Source: Klebsormidium nitens
Lineage: Eukaryota; Plantae; Klebsormidiophyceae
Assembly: GCA_000708835.1 (NCBI GenBank)
Contig: DF237376.1
Location: 1-64,000, forward strand
Direction of reading: 5' to 3'
DNA length: 64,000 nt
Made by a program: the position numbers and the translations under genes
Notes under the pieces: generated by a model
Told to the model about the DNA's origin: nothing
The model's input: only the letters and a program-made list of their open reading frames with translations
Database searches by the model: none
In this document: piece after piece, positions 24,259 through 36,300 of the stretch
Position numbering within the stretch: the first letter of the stretch is position 1
How the letters are laid out: each line of letters begins with the position of its first letter

Positions 24259-27200
24259 ATGGCCAAGACTAACCGCGACGTAGAGATCCCCACTGCACCC
24301 GTCAGCACGGACCCGGGGAGCAAATACAGGGCCCCTGAGGAGGGCCCTGAAGAAACTAGAGAAGGGGGGAGCTTCACTATGGAGGAGGCGATTGACGCCC
24401 TTGGGTTCGGGCGCTTTCAGGCCCTGTTGCTGGGGTATACGGGGATGGCGTGGGTGGCAGAGGCTATGGAGATGATGCTGCTCAGCTTTGTGGGGCCTGC
24501 TGTGCGCACGGAGTGGGGCTTACAGGGGTGGCAGGTGAAGCTTGTGCTCTTATGTTTCGTTTTGTCAGCTTATATGCTACTGCTCGAATCAGAGCTATCT
24601 GAGAAGCACGGTGTGATGAGCACCAGCTAAGAAGCACGGTGCGATGGGGCTAAGACAATTAGGTCAGGGCATGGGCGCTCTTCCTTCTTTCGCACTTTAC
24701 TTAGGAGCCTAACTTGGGCTATGTGTCATGCTTCTCTCACACAATGTTGAGCTGCCTATCGAGTTTGCAACAGACTTATGAAAGAGCTGAGTGTGAAAGT
24801 TACCCTGCTCCAGGAGGCTGATGCCCCTTCCTTATAACAAGGGGGACATTGGTCTCAAAGAGCCTGATTATAGTCTCAGGAGTCCAATCTTGATAGATCT
24901 AACAACCTTCCCATCACAAGGCATGTGTAAAGTCGAAATTGCAAAACTTGAGGCAGAAAAAGGTTGCCTGCTTACAATGGAGCAAGACAACAGCTGGAGT
25001 GTTCAGGCTTGCACTACTTGCCATGTCTTTCCATTGAGGCCTGTCATAAGTCACTAGAAAACTGGTCAAATCACAGCAAAGGCTCAACTGAAGGCTTGCA
25101 GACCAGGGCGTGTTTGTAATAATCATCTGTAGCAGGATTGGCACAGCTGTACAGAATTTCGAAGGTCTCTGACATCAAGAATGTGGCAAAATCACAGATT
25201 ATTTGTGATTCGTTGAGTAGGTCCAATCTTGTTGCCTTCTCAGGACGAAAGTTCTGATTCCTCTTATTCCAAGAAGCTGCAGAAGGGTCTTCGAATGAAG
25301 TTCTACACTTAGCAACAACGTTCTTAGTGTTATGCCTCCCTTCGTCTTGTGCCTGTATGTCTTTTGTGTCGTATTCAGTCAACTTATGCGAGATGCTTGT
25401 GTTTACAGTCCAGTCTCTGTTGACGGCTCCTCATGTTACTGCGTCTCGTTGTGTTCTCTCGAATTGCTGACTTCGCCTTCCTTCTCTACCGGAAAACGTC
25501 CCAATCTCCTCCTCCGTTTTTGGTACCCTTTGAAAAGGCCTCTTCTAACCATTCAAACGTGTCTTCTACCGTCTAAACGCCACTTCCATTGTCCTAACGC
25601 ATCTTCTATCAGCTGATTGCCTGCTCGACCATCCATAGGCCTGTCTGAGATCATGGCCTTATCTCAGGCAACATCTTCCTTTCATTCATATGCCATTGAC
25701 TCGTAAGTCTCTCCAAACCCGTTCCTAAGCGTTCGATTTTTGGAACTTCGTCGGGAGGGCACTATCTCAAGCCCCCAGTTCAGCACTGTGGCAACCGGCA
25801 TCTATCGAGTTTACGTCTCGAGGTGCTACTCTTTTGTACAATGCTTGGCTCCATCCAGCGTCCTTTCCCTTCTAGTAACCCACCTTACAATCCGTGCTTC
25901 CAGTCGGTCGTCTGACCTCTCGTCCACCCCTTCGCACTCCCTTCTTTTACAAGTCGGCCTCTTCAAGCTTCGTGTTTGTTGGCACGAGGCTTGCCTTCTT
26001 CCGAACGACAAGAGTGTGTCCCCCTGTTGTCTCGACCCGTCGCCTTTGGAACCGCGTCCTAGTCCACCTACCAACCGCAAATGCGTTTCTGCTTCAGGAC
26101 GGTGCCATCATCTTCAAAGTAGTCACATATACTGTAATCAGCTCTTACCTGGTCTCGACTCCCACCCCTGTCTTCCAACCCGTGTCCTATGTTTCCGCAA
26201 ACCGGTCGGACTCTTTCTTTGCAATCTCGAGCGGAGTATTGCTGATATAACAGGCTTTTAGTTCGTCGTCCTACTCGAATGTTGAATCGTCAACTAACCG
26301 CAAAACTCTTTTTGTTTCAGAAGCGCGATGCTTCCCGCGTGGTGTTGATGGGTTCCTTGTTAGCGACTTTCACTACGTCCCCTACAGCCGTCTTCAATCC
26401 GTATCCTAACCATCTTCGAACCGTTCGAATATCCATTTCGCCGCAGGAAGGCGCCATCTCGAGCTTCATGGTCAGTGGCAATCCCATCGGTTTCTTCCAG
26501 CTTTTTCTTGACCCGTTTGATGATTTCTTTCACAAGAGGGCGCCAATTCCAGCGTAGTCTTCATAAGGATGAGGATTGCCTTCTACTCGTCTTCTCGCTC
26601 GTCATTTCTGACCCGTCTACTAACCGTAACATCTTCTACCCTTCAGGAGGGCGCCATCTCCAGCGCAGTGTTCATCGGCATGAAGATCGCCTTTTACTTC
26701 GTCTCTCGCTCGCCTTCTCTGACCCGTCTACTAACCAGAAAATCTTCCTTTTCAGGAGGGCGCCATTTCCAGCGTAGTGTTCATCGGTATGATGATCGGC
26801 GCCTACTCGTGGGGCGTCTTCTCCGACCAGCGCGGCCGCCGCTTCGGCTTCTTCGCGACAGCTGTCCTCACGTTATTCGCCGGGCTTGCCAGCGCGGTGT
26901 CGCCAAACTACGGCGTCCTCCTGGCGACGCGCTTCCTGGTGCGTCTGGCTCTCCTCATGACGTCGGATTAAATGATCAAGACGTCAGGTTGTAGTAAGAA
27001 TCTTCTAGAACAGCGAAGTCGACTGAACGCACAAGCATCAAGTCTTAATCTTAGAACGGCCGTTGAGTTTGAGGTCTGACGGCAAGGCGCTCACAAACAA
27101 GCTTAAGATAGTCGTAACTCAGATACAGACCCAAAGTGTGTCAATTGTGGCTCCTCTAAGTCCGTTCCAAGTCTCTCGATGGTTGTACAGCTGTTTGCAT

Positions 27201-30200
27201 CAAGCTGGTCAATTCCTTTTCGAGTTTTGCTCGATACTTTGATACTTCCAGTAACCGACCTTAGGGTCTTGGCTTCGCCATTTTCGGCGACCATCTGATT
27301 GAAGTGCGCGTTCTCATCCAGTTCTGCGTTTCGATGGTGGCAGGTTTGGAGTTTGTTGTTCACGAAGATTCTCAACCTGCTCCTTATGCACTAGTATAAT
27401 CCTGGCGCTCCTGATCCGCAGGTTGGAGTCGGGCTGGGCGGCGGCCCCACGGTTTTCAGTCTCTTTACGGAGTTCTTGCCCACAAGTGAGCGACTTGCAG
27501 CTAACCGATCCCGTCTTTGTGGTTCTCGAAGCTCACCTATCGTATCTCGACTGGCGTACGTACTCGATTAAGATCTCTCTCTGGCGAGATGTGTGCGACA
27601 TGTTCGTTTGACCGAACATCTGGAGATTGCTATTGTATCGCTCTCCATACCTTCCGAAACGACATGTACGTTTGACCGAAACTCGTTTGTTGTCCAGTCC
27701 GAATGTCTAGCCTGCTTCCGGCTCTTCTTCAGCCTGGAGACCAAATTCGTTTGCTTCTGCTCCTGAGCCGGTGAAAGCTGCAAATGCGGGGGGATAGTCA
27801 ACCGTCACCATCCACCTTCGTCTCTTTACCGATCAGACGGTCATCAATTATCCGCAGTACGTCAGATTTGCCCCGATCTTTCGAGTCTAGAAACCATTTC
27901 AAGGACAGAGGAAAGGCTAGGCTCCCAGATTCATACCCTCGAAACGCGTGGAGTCTCAAAAAACGACTTTTGCCTTGGAAATCATACTCATTCAGTGGTA
28001 TTCACCATTTCAGGCGACCGCGGCTTCTGGCTGGTGGGCATCAACATGTTCTGGACGCTCGGCTCGGTCGCCGAGGCCAGCCTGGCGTGGGCGGTGCTCC
28101 CGTCGCTGGGCTGGCGCTGGCTCCTGGCGCTCTCCGCAGTGCCGCTCGGGGTGCTGCTCCTGGCGTACCCGCTGCTGCCGGAGAGCCCCCGGTTCCTGCT
28201 CGGGGTGAAGGGAGACGGCAAGGAAGCGCGCAAAGTGCTAGAAGTGCGTGAGCGAGGCCGAGCGTGTCAGTTTCTGGCACTCTTATGCTTTGGCCGGACT
28301 TGAAGTCAATGGTGTCGAACCCTTGGCGACGTGATTTGAATTGGTGACGGCATTTTTGGCGCTTGGATGGAGAGCAGCCGGGCCGGAGGCTACTGCCGTA
28401 CTCTGGCGCGGGTTCTGTTGCATTCTACGCCAAAGACCTTGAGTTGTTGTCGCCCCTCGAATGGAATTCGATGTGTCTTCCAATTCCCCTAGAAGTCAAG
28501 TCTGCCGCTCCTCGAACGGACGTTGATCTCTCGAGTCCAAAGCAGGCAAGTTAGTCGTCTCTCGAGAGGACGTTGAACTCTCCGTCTATCCCTGAGCACG
28601 CAAGTTTGTGCATGTAAAGAAATGCTCTCTCGCCCGTTATAACTCGAGTACATCTGTCCGCAGAGGGTGGCTAAAAGCAACGGCCGGTCGCTGCCCCCCG
28701 GCGAGCTGGTTCTCCGGGGGCCGGAGGAGAAGCCGCTGCGTAGAGATGACGAGGAGGCCGGACATCAGCTGACAGCGGCAGCGGACGTCCAAACGTACGT
28801 AGCGGCGTCCATAATGGGCTTTTACTGTCCGCAACTTGAAGAGGGCTTTAGGCCGCCGGTTTGACGCGATGCAAGCGCACGGTTTGGAGGCCATTGACCA
28901 GATTGCTGTCCGGTTTTTTGATTGCCATAACGGCGTTTCATTGCACTCTGCGGCTGACGTCATAAGCTCAGGCCCGCTCCTAGCACGAAGTCGGACTCAG
29001 GGTTGGAGATGGTCCTGGAAGCCCGGCGCTTTGTGCAGATCACGGATATTAGGAATGAGAGGCTGTAGCAGTCAGAATTCCTGAGAACCTGGTCTGTTGG
29101 TCCAGTTCGTAACACATCAGACCTGCGTAGGAGTTTCGGTGCGACCTTCAGGCGGGTGAAGGTTTCCGGGGGTCTAGTTTTCTGGGCCGCCGCTCCCCTG
29201 GACCAACCTGCTATTTCTGTAAATGAGACCGTACGGCCAGTAGTACGCGGCTCATCACTTGGTCTGTCTTGTCCCAGAATAGAGCCGAGTCAATAATCCT
29301 CACGTCTGCTCTGTTGATCCCCGAAGCTGATTCCTCACACCTCAAGCAGACCATTGTGCTCGAGTCGCGCCGCTTGGAAACTCGGCATCGTTCCCGCAGG
29401 TCGCGTCACACAGACGGGGGGGTCCATTCCGCAGGCAATTGGGGCCCCCTGGAGAGCTTGCGGGCAGTGGTGGCCCCTCTCTTCTCGCCCTCGCTCCGCA
29501 GCACCACGCTGGTCCTGTGGTCCGTGTTCTTCGCAAACGCCTTCACCTACTACGGCCTCGTCCTGCTGACGTCACAGGTGCGCGCGGCTGCTGGCGTCAC
29601 TGGCAGACGAGGCCGCATGCCGCTGATTGGATGTTGATGTGGCATGGTGATGAGGCAAGTGGGCCATGCAGGCCAATCAATCGCCGGGCGTGCGTAGGGT
29701 GACCACTTTAGCTTCTTCCTATCTTTTCTCCTTGAATGTTGGAAGTTGACAACTCTTGGCGGCAGGTCCACCAGGGGCAATTGACTGACTGGCCGTCGAG
29801 AAGCAGTCCCCAGCGTTTCTGGACACCGGACCACGATGCTTCAAAACTAAACCCGTCTTTTTGACAAGCACTTTCAAAGCGTCGCACCCCTCGTGGCCGC
29901 ACCAGTCAACAATCCGACAAAAACCTCAGTGTCCTGGAAGTTTCGACCCTTTTTTGGAGGTTGATAAACCGTCTTTCGCAGCTGGCGGCTGGGGGCGAGT
30001 GCGGGGGCGGCGCCGCGGCCGCGGCCGCGGCCGGGGCCGACGGGTCCGACAAAGTATACCGGGAAGTGTTCGTGACCAGCCTGGCGGAGTTTCCGGGCCT
30101 GCTCGTGGCTGCGTTCGCTCTAGATAAGATCGGGAGGTGGGTTAGCGACTGGGTTTGCTCACCCTGCAGGCCTTCCGGTTTGAATCCCTTCCTGCCAAGT

Positions 30201-31729
30201 CGTGACAGTGGTCATTCTGGTTGACTTCGGAAGTTGCCTCCATTCAGGACCCGGAGAGGTCCGATGCTGTACGTTCGGTCCTTGTCGCCTGTGCTTGACT
30301 TCGACTGGAAGGCGGGTTAAGGCGGGGTTCAGCTCCGCTTTTGGCTGTTTGGTTGTCTCCATAGCCACGTTGCATCCTCGGCTTTTGGTCTTTCTTTTGC
30401 CTTTCCTGAGGCTCTTCTGCTCAGTAGAGAACCTTCGCATCACGTCAGCAAGAAACAAAATGCGTACGTGCGACGGGCAGCAAACCCCGCCAGAGGGTTA
30501 GAAGTTAGCTTGAGATTGTCACTCCTCGCTGCAACATCCTATCTCCTCAATCCCGCTTACACGACTGTACTCCATGGCCACGTGGGAGACGCCCGACTCC
30601 TATTGACGATCAAATCCAATCTGCTCTCGCTCAATCTCTCACGCCATCCTTGCTCCGCCCCGTGCAGGAAGCTCTCGATGCAGAGCCTGTTCACACTGAC
30701 CGGCCTCTTCCTGCTGCCCCTGGTGTTCAAGCACTCCGACGCGGGCATCACCGCGGTGCTGCTCTTCGGAGCCCGGGCGTCCATCATGGGCGCATTCACA
30801 TCGCTCTTCATTTACGCCCCCGAGTTCTACCCGACCAGCGTGCGGTAAGGAAGCGCACTCGTCAGAACCCCACTTTCCAAGTAGACATGTAGGATCTGTC
30901 GTGTCCAAAACCTCAGATTCTCGTTGTAGCGAGGACTCGAAGCCTGTTCTTCGTCTTGTTTGCAACGTGCTTCCTCCAGTTTATGATTGTCTGACCAGCA
31001 CCTGCTGTCCGTTTGTGCCCCGATTGCAAACCAACCAGCCTAGTTTGGCACAAGGAGACCCCTGTTAGACAAGCTTTTATCGCTCTTGCGCCAGAATCTG
31101 GGTCACGGCGCATTTTGCGGAGGCAGTGCAAAGCTCATGATCCAGCGCTCTTCGAAAGTGGGGGGCCGTAGAGAGCTGCCGTTCAGACGTGCGGGACACT
31201 TGCTTCGAGAGGGTTGCATTAGGGTCGAATAATACGACTGGCCAACCTGGACAATTGGCTTTTGACATTTCTGAGAGTCTTGGGTCTCTGGCTAGATTCA
31301 TAAAAGCGTTGGCCCATGTGAGACGACTGCCCCTTACGAAGGGGTTTGATGTCAAAACGGACTAGTGGCATTGAAGTCTTGACGGAGATTGTCATCGGAC
31401 ACAATCTTATTGCTTTTTGAAGAAGTGCCAGCAATAAGTGTGGCGTGTTGTGGGCTTTGGTCACCGAGGCAACTTGAATCAGGGCGCCCTCTTAAAAGCT
31501 TCCGCTCGCTGCTTGCAGGTCCACCGGGCTGGGGCTCGCTAGTTCCTTCAGCCGTCTAGGGGGAATGTTTTGCCCATTGGTCGCGGTCGATCTCGTAGCC
31601 AACTGTCACATTGATCTCGCCGTGTCGTTATTCTCCGTGGTGCCGCTTGGAGCTGCCTTTGCGGTATCACGCTTGACCGTAGAAACGACTGGCCGCGCAT
31701 TGTCAGACGAAGTGCACGTTGATTCTTAG
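24259..31729 (+). CDS. OCT7: MFS transporter, organic cation/carnitine transporter 7 / SVOP / NiaP-like, 9 exons
   Basis: Exons: 24259-24534, 26756-26938, 27422-27485, 28014-28243, 28664-28794, 29400-29577, 29982-30136, 30668-30844, 31519-31729. Motifs: FTMEEAIDALGFGRFQ, SDQRGRR (MFS motif A), LPESPRFL, DKIGRK, APEFYPTSVRSTGLG, ETTGRAL. The frame is open upstream to 23950, so the start could lie earlier. Confidence 0.9.
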
Positions 31730-32828
31730 CAGGCTCTTTACTTTTTTGCGTATCATGGATGCAATGTCAAGAAACGGAAGCCATAAATCAAAACAATTTT
31801 GCGGTTGCGGGAATACGTATGGCTCACCGTCATGGCAGAAACGGTTCTTGAAAGAACAGTAGCCAGGCAACACGACACATGTTGGCGGTTGCTTCTGAAT
31901 CAATCGAGTCCTTGAAGCCTAGATCACCCTCGTACCCTGAATCACAGTAGCACGGAGGTGCTAAAGTACGAAGTACTACAGCGTGAGATGAGCATCCTCA
32001 GTGCTCATACTATATGCTCAGCTCATCCGCCTAGTTCACACTGTGTACCTATTCTCCATTTCCTCACAAAGACGAGCAAAACACCGGCGCTTGGTCTTCT
32101 GCACATACTGCGCAAAGCAGCAAATGCATGCTTGCAAGTAGTTGCAGGGCCAGGACGCAGCGGGTTGAGTTGGCTGCCATTCACGTAAATTGCCAGGCCT
32201 GGCTATATCTGATATCTAGCTAGGTAGTCGCCATTCCTACATTCCGGTTGCCAGCCTGTGCCGGTGCTACAGCTGACTCCGTGCATGACGTCAGAGCTCA
32301 GGGCAATGATTGAATATCATATCATCATCTCAGAATATGAGTGGCGTTTGTGGGTTAACCAAGTTAGTGCAGCTAACTAAGGATCACACGGAGCAACAAT
32401 GGTTCGGTTTGAGGCGTTGGATGGACGTTGTGCGGCCATCGGATCGATGCATTCCAGGTCCAGGTCCATCGGACGTTCAACGACACCTACGGTGTAGCAG
32501 CAGACCGTCCCCGACTCGGTGGCAACAAAGGTAACCGCCGAGTTGGTTGGCGAGGAAGAACTCAGGATGATGTTTTCCGAGGTAATCGAGCTCTTTGCGA
32601 CCAAGCTGCCGATTTAAGTTAGAGAGGGAATCTTAAAAGTTAGTCTGATTTTCGACTTGACTAACTTAGGTAGTCGTCTAACTTTTAGACTTTCCTCTCT
32701 ATTAAAAACCGGCAGGATGCTTGGAAAGAGCTGTATTATATGAAGGCGTACATTTCGGTCCTCGGATCCTTGCCATCCCAGCAAGATTCCAACACGTGTA
32801 AATTACCCCTCTTAGAGTGGGGCAGTAA

Positions 32829-33021
32829 GTACCGCCCGTGTTCGTACGGTACGGCTGGGTACACCAAATCTACTGAATCTCGAATGACCCTCTCTACGTA
32901 CCTCCTGAAACCCTGAACCAAGTACACTGTTCGTACCTGGTTTAAATTTATACTGGGCAATGGGTGGTTGAGATTGGGGAACTCACCCGTGCACGTACAC
33001 TAACAGTTGTCTGGTACGTAC
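32829..33021. promoter_or_regulatory. Cluster of 10 GTAC cores (candidate SBP/SPL-box, CuRE-like elements) upstream of the histidine kinase
   Basis: GTAC at 32829, 32844, 32849, 32859, 32898, 32922, 32933, 32995, 33014 and 33018. Fewer than 1 is expected by chance in about 190 bp. Function is inferred only. Confidence 0.45.
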
Positions 33022-33352
33022 CGTAACTGAGAAGCCAGATTCGTGGTTGGAAGCCAATCTCGAGGCTTGAGCGCGCGTTGGATCCACTTTTACAGCCTAT
33101 TCCTAGGCTCAGACTCAGAGTCAGAGCTAGGACTGGGAGCACGAGGAGATGGTTTTCAAGGGAGCGCGGCAGATACCAAAGAGCATGCTCTTTTGAGCTC
33201 ATAGCCAATTGTCACTGGGCGAAGGTCGTCAAGACAGGATATGCATAGCTTTCTGCCTGAAGGAAGCGCGTCGTTTTTCTTGGTAGGACGCAGGGGCAAT
33301 GCCAGCTTGACCCTGAGCGTACGGTTTGAGCTGTAATTAGGGTCTCGCAAAA

Positions 33353-36300
33353 ATGATCGCCCCTTCTGGCGCTATCTTGGTTGAGCTGGGGACACGAGGC
33401 TCAGCCAGGCAGCAGCCAGATGGAAGCAACGGTTTGAGGAACAACTGCATGCGGACTGCTGATGAGGCAGCATTTGTGTTGGATCTTGATGTTGACGCAT
33501 CACGTAGGACGTTTGACGGCTCTCCGGAGCCTGAGAGGGGGCAAAACCGGGTCAGGAAACCAACTTTTCTATCGGCGTCCTTGGCCCTCAAGCTCACAGT
33601 GTTTGTGGGCATGCTCGTAACCGTGGCGAGCGGAGTTATGGCGCTGGTTTTCTGGTAAGTTCTGTGAGGTTGCACCTCACTTTGGATTAAGGGCGCCTGG
33701 TTCTGCTAGAACTTTTGGCAGTTGACCAGGGCTGGTTTCCTCTTGTCTAGCAGCTGATCAGGCTACTCAGAGCCTTCCTAAATGCTGGTTAATCCCTCTG
33801 GTTGATAAAACAGTCCCTGTGTGAGGCTCTGCTCTTCTTGTGGCCAAGTTATGAGTAAGTCAGTCGGTAAACAGGTACTATTTCCCACCCGTCTTGAGAA
33901 GGACGTGAACTGGTTGTTGCTCAATTTCCTGGCACTCAAGCCAGGAACTACTCTTGTCCAGGCTGAGATCTGCACAGTGATTTATTGGTGTAGTGTTTGT
34001 GCATCGTCCTGCCGCACTCAATCCAAGTCAAGCTCCTCTCCGTGGGAAAAAGACGTTCACATTTGGGAGTTGACAATTCTCAGGTTTTTCGCAATCTTTC
34101 AAATCAAACCATAATATTACATTCTCAGAGTCGGGTTGTGTGGAGGTAACCCCGAAGCTGCACATCTCAGAAGCATGAGATCATCATCCGCTTGAACGAA
34201 AAAACCATGCTGCCAAATGAAATGGCTTACATCCTAGGCTTTTCCATTACGTTCTTTTTGAGAACTTCAAAAAAAATCTTTCTGTCAATTCCTTCTTGAT
34301 CCCTCATATTTGGTCACCTGTTGATCCAACCCGTCATCCCCAGTTCGGCTGCTTAGCTGGCACTGGAGATGTTTTCGCCCGGTTTTCTGTGTCAATTCGT
34401 TCTCTTGCTGCGCTTATTTGGTAGTGTTTTCACTGCTTTTGGCCCCTTGAGGCCATGGTGGCGCGTGTAGAACGCCCGTCCAGCTTGCAAGGTGCATGCA
34501 TAGGTTTGACATAGGCGACTGCTCTTATGGTAAAAAGTTTAGCAAAGTTTGTTTGGAAAAGTCTGTAGTCTTTCGTGGATGGTTGTGCTTCTTCCTCTCC
34601 TGCTTCTGAAATGCCCTCCAATGAATCGCTTCATGGATCTTCTGAGAGGGGAAGGTATTGGAAGGGTGGTCGCAAAGATTCTCAGACACGGCGTCTTCTG
34701 TCGCTAACCAGCTTAGTTCACAGCTTCAATGTCTTATGACACCTCGTCTCCAAAGCGCGATAGAATGCTGGCTAGCCGTCGGCGCTGTGAGAGTAAGGCC
34801 AGTTTCCAAATGTTATAATGGCATTGTCGCCTCTCTCTTGGCCTTGAGCAAAACCAGAGCCCAAAATTATTCTACAATGTCCAGTGGGCCTGCGCATACG
34901 TTGGAAACTGGGACATGGTGACATTTTCCTCTGGCGCAAAGGATGTGCTCATAACTTTTCCTTCCTAAGAGTGGGCACTCCCCCTGGAATGCTCACATTG
35001 CCAAATTAGTTCCCCCCCCCCCTTTTTGTTTTTTCTTCTTTTTTTTGGCTTTTTTCCCCCTTCTCTCTTTTTTCTGGTTGGTTTTTATTAGCGACTGCTC
35101 TGGACGATTCTTGCATTGGACTGTCTTCCTTTCCCCGCCGCCTTTAAGGAGAGGACTGTCCAATCTTGATTTTCTCCTTTGAGGAGACCAAGTGAGATAC
35201 TGCCTCTTTCTTAGATAGACATCAGTCAACTCCTGCTCCCTTCTCTGCACTTTGTCGGCTCTCGGCCACCTTTTCGGTGGAACTCCTCTCCCAGAATTGG
35301 TGCAATCACAATGAACAGAGAGTGCCTGATTGTCGTTTGTGTAGTGCGTGATGGCTGGGGCTTCAGAAAAAATGTGGAGCTTTGCTTTAAGGAAGGAACT
35401 TTTCTTTAAGCGAGATTGTGGACCTTAAAGAGGGCGTCGGGGGACCGGTCCCCCCTGACGTCAGCAGCGTACGGTGCATTTCATTCGTTTGGCAACTCTG
35501 CCCGTGTGACGCCGAATTGGAGAACCGGTGTGAGCCCGACCTGCGCGGCGTGCGGCAAAAGGAGAAAAGTTGCTCCGGCCGAGGTTCGATCGCTCGATTT
35601 CTCTGCGAAAGTTGAGCGCACTTGCCAGTTGTGTTAGAAGTTTTCGTGCGCCCAAGTTGGATTGAAGATTCAACGGGCGGGCCGGTATATGAAGTCTGAC
35701 GCCCTCTTTAGGAGTGTCTGCAGCGGAACCCTCTTCATCCGTTGGACATGCTTTCACAAGCTTCGGGTCTCCATTTAGCCGTATGTGACCTTCATGTTTC
35801 TGTGTGACTGGTGTCGCACCAAATTCAAAGCGAGTGGACTCATTCTGGTAGCCATTGCATTGTGTCCTGAATCAACGTACCACTCTTCCAACCTTTATCT
35901 GCGGTTGTTATGCCTACATGGAAACATAGATTTCTTGGTGAATTGTCTTGGAGCCTTGTTTTGCAACTGAGCGTCAGAGGCCTCGTAACTGAGCTTCAGA
36001 GGCCATGTAACCCCTCCTCAAATAAGAGTTGTTTAGAAGTCAAGCTAGCTGATGTTCCTCAAAGCTCCTAGACTGTAAACCTCATGGTACCAAGCCCTCA
36101 CTTCCCCTTGGGATCTCCGCCTGACTGTCAAATGCACCGTTATCCCTCAACTCTCCCCTCCCTCAAATAAAGGTTGTCTAGAAGTCAGGCTAGCTATATC
36201 TCAAAGCTCCTTCAGTGAAACTTTACTGTACCAAAATTTCACCCCCCCCTGGTATCTACATCGAAATCGTCAAATGCAGGAAACCAAATCCACACCCTCC

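Noticed and set aside
25755-26755. Regularly spaced repeats as a CRISPR-like array
   Set aside because: The units are degenerate copies of a splice acceptor plus exon head in a eukaryotic intron. The repeats are not identical and there are no cas genes.
32377-32960. Protein-like segments (QQTVPDSVATKV...KLPI on +; ORFs 32377..32604 and 32736..32960 on -)
   Set aside because: No recognisable family, and no convincing start or splice chain.
34990-35090. Long C/T homopolymer-rich tract in kinase intron 1
   Set aside because: Simple low-complexity sequence with no structure, TSD or downstream exon.
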